A stretch of 64,000 nucleotides of DNA from Heterodontus francisci (taxonomy: Eukaryota). The notes under the pieces were generated by a model, which saw nothing but the letters and a program-made list of their open reading frames with translations, was not told the DNA's origin and searched no databases. The stretch's first letter is position 1, and each line of letters starts with the position of its first letter. The position numbers and the translations under genes are program-made. Below are positions 49,944-63,527 of the stretch, piece by piece. The stretch covers positions 372,001 through 436,000 of the forward strand of contig NW_027141721.1 of the NCBI RefSeq assembly GCF_036365525.1, written 5' to 3'.

Positions 49944-51200
49944 ACTCAAGCCTCAAACAGTCAAATACATTTTGAAGTGCAGTCACTGTTGTAATGTAGG
50001 GAAGGAGGCAGACAAGCTGCAAGTTCAAGTGCAGGGTTATTCAGAAAGAACAGGGAGTGGGAACAATTGGACAGGGAAGATGAAAACCAAGGATCATAAA
50101 TGTAAGGTAGTCCTTAATAAATCCAACTGGGAATTCAGGAGGAGGTTCTTTTTCTCAGGGAGTGGAGATAATGTTGAATGGGCGACCAAATGGAATGGGT
50201 TGAGGTCGAATAGAGACGATGCAGTTAAGGGGGAAGCTGAATAAATACATGAGTGAGAAAGTAATTGAAGAATCTGTTGATAGGGTAAGATAAAGAGAGA
50301 TGGGAGGAGGTCGTCTTTCGAACAGCCAGGCCAGGATCGATGGGCGGAATGGCTTAGATTTGTCCTGCATGATTCTATGATCCAATAAGACCCGTCAACC
50401 TGCTGCCTTGTTTCAGGGCCAAGACAGTTTCATTTCCCCGCCCCCCACCCCCTTGCGATAAACGGGAGTTAAAGGGTTAAGTTCTTCACCGCACTGAACT
50501 CCAGTCAATGTGAAAATTCTTCAAAAGACACCGACAGACTGAGAGACAAGTGGATTAACAGTTTTGAACAGATGCTGAAGCCGCCGTCTGGAGGCAGGTG
50601 TTCCAGTCAGAGACGGATCTGGAGAGGTTTCTCACCTTTGCACTGTATGAATCATCAGGGACATGATTAAAGGTTCCAAGATCAACCATTTCCAATTTGT
50701 ATGGACTTGTGTCCATTAGAGTAATGAGGGTAAGGGGAGATTTGAAAGACGTGGTCAGATGTGTCTTGATGGAGAAACTGTATCCAGAGGGTCGTATCTA
50801 CTGTCAGGAGGGTCGATAAACCAGGGACCAAGAATTGAAGGTAATTGGGAAAGGAACCAGAGTGGGAGATGAGTGGAATCTTTCTCCTCAGTGAATTGTT
50901 ATCATGTGGAGGGCATTGACTGAAAGGGCGGTGGAAGACCATCCAATCGTAACTTCCAGATGTCAATTGGAGAAGTAGATGAAGGGGAGATTTCTTAATG
51001 TAATGGAGAACTGGTCAGTGAATGGGAACTGGTCAGACAACTCTGTCAAAGAGCCAGTTCATTCAACAGTAGACATAGAAACTGACAGATAGTCAGAGTG
51101 ATAGAATGACATCCCAGATAGACAGGTCTATCTCCCACAAGTGAGCTCTGTCAATGTTTAGAGTTTTTGCTGAACTCCAGCGCCTTTCGGAGTCACTGTG

Positions 51201-51817
51201 CTGACTCCATGCACAGTAATACACGGCTGATTGATTCACCCACAGGCTGGAGACTCAAGGTAAAAATGGGTGTTGTTGGGTCTCCTGGCGGTGAAACCGT
51301 CCACCTCACCGGAGGGGGTGACCGTTCCGGCGGGGTAGGAATAGAAAAGGTTCTCGGGCTCACGGTCCAGATGCCATCGGTACCAGTAGAAAACAGAGCT
51401 AGCTGTTGCTTCAGTGTAAATACACTCGATCCTGACTAGAGTGCCTGGGGAATGGGATATGGAAGTGGGAGTCTGTTGGATCAACACGGCCACCACATCT
51501 GTAAAACAGAGAGGGAGAGAGAGAGAGAAAGAGAGAGATAAAACCAGGGACAATGTCTATATCGTTATCAACAAGAAGAGGTAGAAGTGGGCAGACAGAG
51601 AGAGAGAGAGAGCGGTGGGGACCAGTTAGAAATAGAGACAGAGATAAAGGCAGAGATAGAGAGAGAGAATGAGAGACAGAGAAAGAAATATAAAGGGAGA
51701 AGGAGAGAGACAGAGACTGAGAAGCAGAGACACATGTACATCATTGGAACCTCACAGTTCAGACACCTCCTTACCCGTTAACACCAACAACACAACCCAG
51801 AGCTGAGACAAAGACAT
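51201..51817 (-). pseudogene. TRBV: TCR beta V segment, family C (V9); 1-bp deletion in FR3
   Basis: Leader 51775-51817. V exon 51201-51498. GGCTGGAGACTC versus GGCTGGAGGACTC in paralogues shifts the frame before YYC. RSS intact (51162-51200). Confidence 0.88.
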
Positions 51818-53084
51818 CTCTGGAGGGTGAAGGATCCGTGTGGTTTTAAATGAAATGACTGAGCACTTTTATTGTAGAGTATCTCAAAGTTCTCGGCACT
51901 GACTGAAATTCACAGCTTCCTTCTCCATCACTTTATCATTCAGATAGGCGGGACCCAGTTTTCTTTCATTTCCGGGGAGGGACCAATGTTTGACGCCTGG
52001 TAATCGCTTTCTGGAACTGCAGTTCTCTGTCATTGACATCTGCAGCTCGATCATTCGGAGCCCTGTCCAAATATGTGCACACAGTACTCCAGGTGTGTTC
52101 TCACCAAGACCCAATACAAGTGTAATACGACTTCATTATTCTTGCACTCCCATCCCCCTTGCAAAAAAGACCAACATGCCTGTAATTCAACAGAAGCACT
52201 TCATTGGCTGTAGAACTCCTTGGGAAGTTCCAGATCGGCTTTCCAACTTTCTCCCCTCTTTCAGATACTGACGTTGACTATATAGAATTGCAGACAATAT
52301 AGAACACAGCATCAGGTGAACGGATCTATACAGGTGTTGATGTTCCACAGATACATCCTTTCATCCCTCTTTATCTCATCTTCTCAGCATCTCCTGTCAA
52401 TCCTTTCTGCCTCGTATGTCTACTAGTTTCCCACTGAATACTATTTACCTCCACCACTGCCTATGGTTGTGGGTTCCCCATTCTCACCAATCTCTGGGTA
52501 ATGAAGTTTGTCCTGAATTTGGATTTTTACTGAGTATTTTATACCTTATAGATCTGGTATTTGGCCTCAAGTGAAAATATCTTCTCTACGTCTATCCTAT
52601 CAAACCTATTAATAATATTAAAGACTTCTTATCTGGGAACCCCTCATTTCTGGAGAAGGACCCCAGCCTGTTCGATCTTCACTGCTATGCATAATTATAC
52701 CATGATCTAAATGTGGTCTTACCAATGTATATAGACGCCAGAACTGTGCATAGCGCTCCAGTTGTGATCTAACCAATGTATAATGAGAACGGAACAGTGC
52801 ACAGTTCTCCAAATGAAGTCTAACCAAGGTATGAGGAGACCTGAAATTTTCACAGTGCACCCAGTGTGTTTTAACCAAGGAGGTTGGAGACCAAAAATGT
52901 GTACAGTCCAAGTGTGGAACCCAGGTACATGAAGATAAAACTGTGGATGAGGCCCTGCTTTTTGACTCCTTGGTAAAATTACGTGAGTTTGAGGTCTGTC
53001 TGTGTGTGATTCTTTGTCTAGACAGTGGATAGCTCTGAACTGCTTTGTCCCATCAGTCACTGCTCATAAATACATCTCCACATT

Positions 53085-53697
53085 GACCTTACCTTGGAGA
53101 ACCTACAGTGGACACCTCAAAGCACAGGAGAAGTAACACCAGAGGTGCCTCCGCATTATCCTCCAACTCCAGTGGCAAGACAGGTAGTCCAACAGCATCA
53201 TCCTTTCCCAAACCAACCTGCCGAGTGTGAGGGCGCGAAACACCGAAAACCAGCTCCACTGGCTGGGACATGTCATTCACATTCCTACCGCCAGACTCCC
53301 CAAAGCAGCTGTTCTACTCAGAACTTGGTCGTGGCAGGAGACTCCCAGGAGGACAGCGGAAATGCTTTAGAGGTGTCCTCACAGCATCCCTGGAGAGATG
53401 AAACATCCCCGTCGACTCCTTGGAGTCCCAGGCTCCTGATCATCCCAGACGGAGGAAGGACAAACGGGAAGGCATCGGACACCACGAGGAACTTCAGGAA
53501 CATGCAGAGGTAAGGCCGAGGCATCGGAGGGAGCGCACAAACCTGCAAACTACTCACCTACCTGATCCTACAAGCACCACCTGCACCTCATGTGACAGAG
53601 TCTGCAGATCATACACTGGACTCATCAGCCATCTCAGAACCCATTGAACCGGAGTTGAAGAAAGTCAACCTCAACCCCGGGGAACTGCCTAAGAAGG
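53085..53697 (+). mobile_element. Decayed RTE-clade LINE 3' fragment
   Basis: Contains a WLGHV-like segment (TGGCTGGGACATGTC) and C-terminal CTSCDRVCRSYTGLISHLRTH. Confidence 0.75.
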
Positions 53698-55773
53698 TGA
53701 ACTCTCTCCAGCTTCCGGGTTAATTTATTATTTTGCAATGTTCTGCAAAAGCAAACCCGCTCTTAAAACCTCAACATACTGAGTTTCACCTCATCAATGA
53801 ACAGACCTGATTAATACAGCCCCTCCACTGACGGGTTGTGGATATCACAACATGTCAGTGTGAGGCCTTCTGTTCTGAAAACTGTCTCTCACTTGATCAC
53901 ATGAAGTGAGCACCAGATCTCACGTTATTCCACCTGGAAACAGGGAGTATGTGGGAAAAATGTTACTTTACACTTGGCACGATAGATGTGGGAGTTGTGC
54001 TAAAGTCACGATGGAAATTCAGGCTCTCTCCTAGTTTCCTACAAACACCTGGGACAATGTAATTGTAAAATAGAACCTGGAAATCTACAAATTGGCATTT
54101 GGGTGCAAATATTCCAAGGTTGGAATGATATAAATGTCACTTAATGCCCCCAAAACGATCAGACTAAAAGCTCATCTATCTCATCTATCATTGAGTTTTT
54201 TTTTCATTGCCGGAATATTTTGTGTGAAATAGTTGAGAAGTGAAACATTTCAGAAGCAGCCAAGTTGACCTGTGGAGCTGCTGTGGGTAAAGCTTACTCT
54301 GTGTGAGCATGTTCTTGGCAGCGGCAACAGTGGAGTAACACTGGCATCTAGTGGCTCCAGGTGCAACTGCAAGCACTGATTCTGCAGGCCTTTCAGTGTC
54401 AGAACCTGAACCGGTTTCAGTCATTAGTTATATTCTCCTACTCGACTCGTGTTGGCGCTTGTGGCACAGAACTAGATGGAAGTTAATGCACAGATCGGCG
54501 CATTTCGGCCCCACAGCTCTCTGCTTCACTCCAGCCTCAACCAGTCAAATACATTTTGAAGTGCAGTCACTGTTGTAATGCAGGGAAGGAGGCAGACAAG
54601 CTGCAAGATCAAGTGCAGGGTTAATCAGAAAGAACAGGGAGTGGGAGTAATTGGACAGGGAAGTGAATACCAGGGATCATAATTGTAAGATAGTCCTTTA
54701 TAAAACCAATTGGGAATTCAGGAGGAGGTTCTTTAACCCAGGGAGCGGTGAGAATGTGGAATTACAGACCAAATGGAATGGGTTGTGGTCGAATAGAGAC
54801 GATGCAGTTAAGGGGGGAGCTGAATAAATACATGAGTGAGAAAGGAATAGAAGAATCTGTTGATAGGGTAAGATGAAGAGAGATGGGAGCAGGTCGCTCT
54901 TTCAAACAGCTAGGCCAGGATCGATGGGCTGAACGGCCTGGATTTGTCCCTCATGATTCTATGATCCAATAAGACCCGTCAACCTGCTGCCTTGTTTCAG
55001 GGCCAAGACAGTTTCATTTCCCCCCTTCTGCTAAACGGGAGTTATAGGGTTAAGTTCTTCACCGCACTGAACTGCAGTCATTGTCAAAATTCTTCAAAAG
55101 ACACCGACAGACTGAGAGACAAGTGGATTAACAGTTTTGAACAGATGCTGAAGCCGCCGTCTGGAGGCAGGTGTTCCAGTCAGAGACGGATCTGGAGAGG
55201 TGTCTCGCCTTTGCACTGTATGAATCATCAGAGACATGATTAAAGGTTCCAAGATCAACCATTTCCAATTTGTATGGACTTGTGTCCATTAGAGTAATGA
55301 GGGTAAGGGGAGATTTTCAAGATGTGGTCAGATGTGTCTTGATAGAGAAACTGTATCCAGAGGGTCGTATCTACTGTCAGGAGGGTTGATAAACCAGGGA
55401 CCAAGAATTGAAGGTAATTGGGAAAGGAACCAGAGTGGGAGATGAGTGGAATCTTTCTCCTCAGTGAATTGTTATCATGTGGAGGGCACTGACTGAAAGG
55501 GCGGTGGAAGACCATCCAATAGTAACTTCCAGATGTCAATTGGAGAAGTAGATGAAGGGGAGATTTATTAGTGCAATGGAGAACTAGTCAGTGAATGGGA
55601 ACTAGTTAGACAACTCTATCAAAGAGCCAGTTCATTCAACAGTAGACATAAAAACTGACAGATAGTCAGAGTGATAGAATGACATCCCAGATAGACAGGT
55701 CTATCTCCCATAAGTGAGCTCTGTCAATGTTTAGAGTTTTTGCTGAACTCCGGCGCCTTTCGGAGTCACTGTG

Positions 55774-56397
55774 CTGTCTCCAGGCACAGTAATACACGGC
55801 TGATTGATTCACCAACAGGCTGGAGGACTCCAGGTAAAAATGGGTGCTGTCGGGTCTCCTGGCGGTGAAACCGTCCACCTCTCCGGAGGGGGTGACCGTT
55901 CCGGCGTAGCTGGAATAGAAAAGGTTCTCGGGCTCACGGTCCAGATGCCATCGGTACCAGTAGAAAACAGAGCTAGCTATTGCTTCAGTGTAAGTACACT
56001 CGATCCTGACTGGAGAGCCTGGGGAATGGGATATGGAAGAGGGAGTCTGTTGGATCAACATGGCCCCCACATCTGTAAAACAGAGAGGGAGGGAGAGAGA
56101 GAGAAAGAGAGAGATTAGCACAGGGAAACTGTCTACATCGTTATCAACAAGAAGAGGTAGAAGTAGGCAGACAGACAGAGAGAGAGAGAGAGAGAGAGCG
56201 GTGGGGACCAGATGGAGGCAGAGAGGCAGAGCGAGAGTGAATGAGAGACAGAGAAAGAACTACAGAGTGAGAAGGAGAGAGACAAAGACAGACAGAGACT
56301 GAGAAGCAGACACATGTACATCATTGTAACCTCAAATTTCAGACACCTCCTTACCCGTTAACACCAACAACACAACCCAGAGCTGAGACACAGCCAT
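55774..56397 (-). CDS. TRBV: TCR beta V segment, family C (V10), apparently functional
   Basis: Leader 56355-56397 (MAVSQLWVVLLVLT, GTAAG). V exon 55774-56072. RSS: CACAGTG 55767-55773, 23 bp, GCAAAAACT 55735-55743. Confidence 0.92.
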
Positions 56398-57029
56398 CTC
56401 TGGAGGGTGAAGGATCCGTGTGGTTTTAAATGAAATGACTGAGAACTTTTATTGTAGAGTATCTCAAAGTTCTGGGCACTGACTGGAATTTGCAGCTTCT
56501 CTCTCCATCATCTTCAACATTTTCCTAGGCGGAGCCAAGCTTTCTATCTTTGCTCATGGGCTCACCGAGCACTCGTCATTTCTGGGGAGGGACCAATGTT
56601 TGACCCTCAGCTCATCGGTTTCTGGGCCTGCAGTTCTGTTTCATGTCTTTGAACGTTGCAGAAAGGAAGGGAGTAAATGTGATGTAAACTATCTTCTGTG
56701 GTGGAGAGGTGATTAAATGGGTGGGTGTGTTGGGATCATCAATACGTTCAATAATCCCCTGATCATAGCCACATTCATCCTGACACCATCCTCACACTCA
56801 TCATTACCATCTGAGGCCACATTATCACCCTCGTCCCGACCGCCAGTATCTGTGTCAGCCTCACCCTCAGCAGCCTCATCACCATAAAGAGATGCTCACT
56901 CTATCATCATTATCAAGCTTATTCACTTCCAATTGTATCTGAATGTATTCAGTGATGGGATGTGTGCATTGCCGGGAGGGTCATTTCAGAAAAGCTGAGA
57001 TGTTACAAGAGTAAATGTTCACTATCTTT

Positions 57030-57510
57030 GGGTGCAGAGGAGATTCACCAGGATGTTGCCTGGGATGGAGCATTTCAGCTATGAAGAGAGACTGAAAAGT
57101 CTGTGGTTGTTTTCCTCAGAGCAGAGAAGGCTGAGGGGTGACCTGAGTGAAGTGAACAAATTATGAAGGGCATTGATAGGTTAGAAAGGAAGAAACGTTT
57201 TCCTTTAGTGGAGGGGTCAATAACCAGGCGACATAGATTTAACGTAAGGGGCAGGAGGTTTAGAGGGGATTTGAGGAAAAACGTTTTCACCCAGAGGGTG
57301 GCTGAACTCTGAAACGGACTGCATGAAGAGGTGATAGAGGCAGGAACCCTCACAACATTTAAGAAGTATTCAGATCAGCACGTGAAACACCATAGCATAC
57401 AAGACTACGGGCCAAGAGCTGGAAAATGGGATTAAAATAGTTAGGTGCTTGATGGCCAGCAGAGACACGATGGGCCGAAGGGCCTGTTTCTGTGCTGTAT
57501 AACTCGAAGA
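57030..57510 (+). mobile_element. CR1 3' fragment
   Basis: GTGCAGAGGAGATTCACCAGGATGTTGCCTGG through to the tail GGGCCGAAGGGCCTGTTTCTGTGCTGTA. Confidence 0.85.
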
Positions 57511-59704
57511 CTCTATTTCGTTCCATGAAGGTCATCATTGGGTTTTTACAACACTCCATGTTCAGGATTGCTCATACTTTCCATGACAAATTATTTATTT
57601 ATTTAATTAATTGAATTTAATATCCATTTTGCCCTGGTGGGAATTGAACTCATGTCTGGGGATCATTATTCCAGGCCTCCGGATTACGGGTCCAGTAACA
57701 TAAGTGCTCTGCGACCGTACCACCTTGCTGAATGGGAGTTAAAGGGTTAAATTGTTCACTGGTCTGAACTGCTCGTTTCTTTGAAGAACACATTAAATGT
57801 GACTCGAGTCTGAGATGAAAGTGGGTAAACAGTTTTCAGCAGCTTCTGAATTCGCTGTTAGGAGGCAGGTGTCCCAGAGATGAATGTATCTGGAGAGGGG
57901 TCTCGTCTGTGAACAATGTGAAACAGTGCTCAGATGGTTAAGGGTTCTGAGCTGAGTCAGTTCCTGTACATTGGGGAGTTGTTCGCCTCTGTGTAGTGAA
58001 GGTTAGAGAGAGATTAACCAGACTGGTATCAGGGATGAGGGACTTCAGTTACTGTGGAGAGACTGGAGAAGCTGAGGGTTTCTCTCCTTAGAGCAGAGAA
58101 GGTTAATGGTAGATGAGATACAGATATTGAAGATCATAGAGGATTTTGATAGATAATTGATGACAAACCACATCATCAACTGGTCAATATATCGAAAATC
58201 TATGAAAAGGTGGTAATTCATTACCTTACTGCAACATGTTTAATTAGGTCATACAAACTGTAAGCACCTAAAGATAGAGTTAGACAGATAGAGAGACAGA
58301 GAGATAGATAACCAGGTATAGAGATAGATAGATAGAGAGACAGAGTGATAGATAACCAGTTAGAAAGATATACAGATAGAGAGACAGAGTGACAGATAAC
58401 CAGTTAGAGAGATATATAGATAGAGAGACAGAGAGATAGGTAACCAGGTATAGAGATAGATAGATAGAGAGACAGAGTGATCGATAACCAGTTAGAGAGA
58501 TATACAGATAGAGAGACAGAGAGATAGATAACCAGTTAGCGAGATATATAGATAGAGAGACAGAGAGATAGATAACCAGTTAGAGAGATATATAGATAGA
58601 GAGACAGAGAGATAGATAACCAGGTAAGAGATAGATAGATCGAGAGACAGAGTGATAGATAACCAGTTAGAGAGATATATAGATAGAGAGACAGAGAGAT
58701 AGATAACCAGTTAGAGAGATGGATAGATAGAGAGACAGTCAGGTAGACAGGTAGATACAGAGAGAGAGAGGTAGATCGAGGGAAAGTCAGATAGGTAGAG
58801 AAATAGCAAGCTGGATAGAGAGACAGTCAGGTAGACAGATAGATATAGAGAGAGGTTGAGAAATAGAGAGATAGAGGGAAATTCAGAGAGGTAGAGAAAT
58901 AACGAGCCAGACAGAGAGACAGTCACTGCCCCTGTAAAAGACAGGGATGTTAATTGACATTCTCTCATTTTACACCAGCTTGGTAACTAGAATGAGGTAG
59001 AGGGATGGAGGGAGAGGGAAAGAGAGGGAGGGAGAGAGAGGAATGGAGGGAGACTGTTGGAGAGAGGGAGAGAGAGAGATGGAGAGAGGGAGAGAGAGGG
59101 ATGGAGAGAGGGAGCGACAGGAGGTTATTGATCAGTCATGATCTCCTTGAAGGGCGGTGTGTTTCCGAGGTGATGAATGTTCTCCTTGTGTTCCCAGGTC
59201 ACTGTTAAAGTGTGTTCCAGACTCTGATGTTTATCATGGTTCTACAGCGCACTCCGCTGTCCCTTTGGAGAAAAAAAAACACAGTGACATAAAACGACAA
59301 CGTATGTATCTATCTCTCTATCTATCGATCTCTCTATCTATCTGTATTTATCTGATCTTCATTTCACATATTAAAATCTTTAATAATCTCTCTAAGAACG
59401 CTGAATGTTTACCCTTCAGTCTCTCCTTTCTGGAGCAAAGATCCCCCGATGTTCAAACTATCTTGATAACTTTAACCTCTGTGTTCTGATATCATTCCTG
59501 TGAAGTCGATTTCACAATTCTCCTGTGTTTCCATATCTAACCTGTTACTTTCTATTGAAATCCGCCTGTCTTCTTGTGAAAAACATGTTCCCAATGATAA
59601 AAACACCCAACAGGATGCAGCACCGCCTGATTTTATCTGAAACAGGTATTTCCTGCTGCCTTTGGGGTTTTTGTTGAACTGCACCATCTCTCTGAGTCAG
59701 TCTG

Positions 59705-60156
59705 AAGACTCCAGGCACAGAAATACACGGCCGAGTGATTCTCCCGAAGGCTGGAGGACTCCACGTTGAACTGGGAATCAGTCTGTCTCTCGGCGGTGAA
59801 ACCATCCACCGTCCGCTCTGGATCCACATAGTTAGCAGTATTGGAGTAAAACATCAACAGCGGCTCGTTCCCCGGGTATTGTCTGTACCAGTACATGTTG
59901 AGGTTACTGCTGCTCCCCTCCACAGTGCACATCAGTTCCACTCCTTTCCCGGGAAATCTGGAGACAGCGGCGGGAATCTGGTGGATAGTCTGTGAGTTCA
60001 CATCTGGGAGAGAGATGGAGAGAGGAGGAGATCAGTAAACAGGGAATTTCTGGGAATGAAAGAAAGACAGGGAGAGGAGAGGAAGGTTCTGACTGATAAT
60101 CTTTGTATTTGGCACTTACGGTGAACCAGGATTATCAGAGCCAGGAACAGATACAT
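59705..60156 (-). pseudogene. TRBV: TCR beta V segment, family A (V11); open frame, RSS heptamer CAGACTG
   Basis: Leader 60120-60156 (GTAAG). V exon 59705-60003. Heptamer 59698-59704 lacks CAC; 23-bp spacer; consensus nonamer 59666-59674. Confidence 0.85.
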
Positions 60157-61033
60157 CTCCCACTTGACACTGCCCTGTCAAACAGCAAAGGCAGTGGAAC
60201 AGATGAGATCAGTTCTGTGACTAACCAATCCGCTCCTGACAAATCATTGAGTAAGACATGAAGGGCATGAAGAAGTGATGCAGTGCTGGACACGCCCCCT
60301 TCCACCACCCAACCAATCAGAATGGACGTGGTTGCTTATGATGGCTGAGTGACTGGATTAAGTGTTGTTAACATCCTCAACAAGGGTGTCTGTTGTTCAG
60401 TTCCTAACTTATTGATTAGAAATCTCCAACTGTTCATATCCAGATTCCAAATGAACCTCATCGGCATTCCCAAATTAGCCACATGTAGATTCCCAATGAT
60501 AGACATCTGGATTCCAAATGATCTGCTCCTGTGGAGGATGTATTCGTGTGTTGCTAATTTAACTAGACTCCTCATCCACAGCCTCAGCTAGTGTTTTCGT
60601 AACGTGAGAGTGAATCCCACCAATACAGATCATGAAATTGCAGCAATCCATTTAGTTCACTGATGTCCATTAGGGATGGAAATCTGCCTCCTTCACCTGG
60701 TCTGGCCTACATGTGACTCCAGATCCACACATTGTGGTTGACTCTTAAAAGCCCTCTGCAATGACCTAGCAAGTCATCCAGTTCAAGGGCTATTAGGAAT
60801 GGGCAATAAATGCTGGCCGAGCCGGCGAGGCCCACATCTCATGAACGAATTAAGAAAAACAGGCCGATGTTGATTCACAAATAGTCAGCTGGGAGTCCTG
60901 GCAATCATTTCCTGCAACACTGGCCCAAGGGAAGTAGGTTCAACAATATCTGGGTCACACTGGGCTGCTGATCTATTCGACAGCTTGGTCTGTGCTCATT
61001 ACTGGGCCCATAACCATCAGGGTGGCTCAAATC

Positions 61034-61160
61034 TACTGCTGCCACCTGCTGGCGACAAATGAGCACTGAGATTCATTCTCTGCTGCCCCCTGCCGGGGGA
61101 GGATGAGCACAGAGATTCAATCTACTGCTGCCCCCTGTCGGTGGAAGATGAGCACTGAAC
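61034..61160 (-). promoter_or_regulatory. Three-unit CTCF-like array 3' of the V12 RSS
   Basis: Same unit as 9911-10308. Confidence 0.65.
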
Positions 61161-61217
61161 TCCCGTTCATCCGCTGCAGGTTTTTGCAGCTGCAGATCTG
61201 CTTTCTCAAACACTGTG

Positions 61218-62116
61218 CGATACTTCAAGCGCAGAAATAGACAGCGGTGTGAGATGGAGCGGCGTCTCTCAGTGCCAAAGTAAACAGTGTATTGCTGGTT
61301 CTGTCTGCCTTAAATGACTCGGACGTGTAATTGGTAACAGACCCTTCTGTAGCAGAAAAGAACAGAGCTTCCAGTGACCTGTCTGCTTGTTGTCTGTACC
61401 AGTACATATCGGAATAGGCAGTATTGGTCAGCGTGCATCTGAGTGTTGTCGACTCTCCTGCTGCAATCGATAGGATAGAGGGCGACTGTTCCACATAGGA
61501 GGCGAGTATTCCGGTGGATGGAACATCGATTAGATTATCATTTCAGTCAATAATGGATTGGAGCAGGGGTTGCATTGCAAGAAAAAAAGGGCTTACATTG
61601 ATATAGCGCCATTCAGGACCTCAGGACATCAGAAAGGGCTTTGCAACCAATGTAGTTACTCCCTCAGTACAGCCTCTGCGACAGTGCAGCACCCACTAAG
61701 TACTGCCTCTGTGACAGTGCTGCACTCCCTCAGTACTGCCTCTGCGACAGTGCAGCACACCCTCAGTACTGCCTCTGTGACAGTGCTGCACTCCCTCAGT
61801 ACTGCCTCTACGACAGTGCAGAACACCCTCAGTACAGCCTTTGCGACAGTGCAGCACTCCCTCACTACTGCCTCTGCGACAGTGCAGCACTTCCCCAGTA
61901 CTGCCTCTGCGACAGTGCAGCACTCCCTCAGTCCTGACACGTGGTTTGTCAGCCTTGACATTGAGCTCAAATGTTCTGGAGTGAGACTCAGACACAGGAG
62001 TGTTCCGGACAGAATCACCCCTAACATTACAATACATTATTCGACACTGTTTCTGACTTTGACTTACGTGGGAACAGGGCAGGCATCAAGATTAGACAGA
62101 GAACTTCATGCAACAT
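61218..62116 (-). pseudogene. TRBV: TCR beta V segment, family B (V12), pseudogene
   Basis: Leader 62068-62116. Acceptor AG>CG at 61512-61513. TGA directly after YFCA. RSS intact (61179-61217). Confidence 0.88.
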
Positions 62117-63527
62117 GATTTCTTCAGTCGATACTAACTCGATGTGTGAACGTGTGGAGTTTTCAACAACACACTTGCAGGCGGTTTCTATATTGTATCC
62201 AATCAAATACCCAGCATCCGGTTGTCATTGTGATTGGCAGTCACTTACTGCGACACTCTGCTCCACCCCACTACTTTGCATAGCAATGTTGTAGAATGAT
62301 ACAACACAGGAGGATAGGGGGAGATTGAATAGAGGTGTTCACATTTCAGAAAGGGATTTGATAGAGTATAATTCAGGGAAACTACCCTCTATACCCAGAG
62401 AGTGTGCCCATCCTTTATTGCCTCTGAGAAGGTGGTGGTGAACCATCTTCGGGAATACCTGCTGGGCCATATCAGAGGGCAGTTAACAGTCAACCACATT
62501 GCTGTGGGTCTGCAGTCACATATAGGCCAGACCAGGTAGGAATGGCGGATTTCCTTCCCTGAAGGTCATCAATGAATACGTTAGGTTTTTACGACACTCC
62601 ATGTTCAGAATTGCTCTTACTTTCCATTACAGATTTTATTTATTTACTTAATTAAATTTAAATTCAATTTCTGCCCTGGTGAGAATTGAACTCAAGTCTG
62701 GGGATCATTAGTCCAGGCCTCTGGATTACTAGTCCAGTAACATAACTGCTCTGCTACCGTACCTCCTTGCTGAATGGAGGTGAAAGGGTTAAATTGTTCA
62801 CTGGTCTGAACTGCGTGTTTCTTTGAAGAACACATCAAATGTGACTCGAGTCTAAGATGAAAGTGGGTAAAGAGTTTTCAGCAGCTTCTGAACTCGCTGT
62901 CAGGAGGCAGGTGTCCCAGAGATGAAGGTATCTGGAGAGGGGTCTCACTTTGAACAGTGTGAAACAGCGCTCAGATGGTTAATGGTTCTGCGCTGAGTTA
63001 GTTCCTGTGCATTAGGGGGTTGTTCGCCTCTGTGTAGTGAAGGTTAGAGGGAGATTAACCAGACTGGTATCAGGGATGAGGGACTTCAGTTACTGTGGAG
63101 AGACTGGAGAAGCTGGGGGTTTCTGCCCTTAGAGCAGAGAAGGTTAATTAGATGTGATACAGATATTGAAGATCATAGAGGATTTTGATAGATAATTGAT
63201 GATAAACCACATCTTCTACTGGTCAATATATAGAAAATCTATGAAAAGATGGTCATTCATTACATTACTGCAGTATGTTTAATTAGTTCATACAAAGTGT
63301 AATTACATAAAGATAGAGTTAGATAGATAGAGAGACAGAGAGATAGATAACCAGGTAAAGAGATAGATAAATAGAGAGACAGAGAGATAAACAATCAGGT
63401 GGACAGATAGATATGAACAGAAAGCTTCAATCTACTGCTGCCCCCTGCCAGTTGAAGATGAGCACTGAACTCCCGTTCATCCGCTGCAGGTTTTTGCAGC
63501 TGCTGATCCGCTTTCTCAAACACTGTG

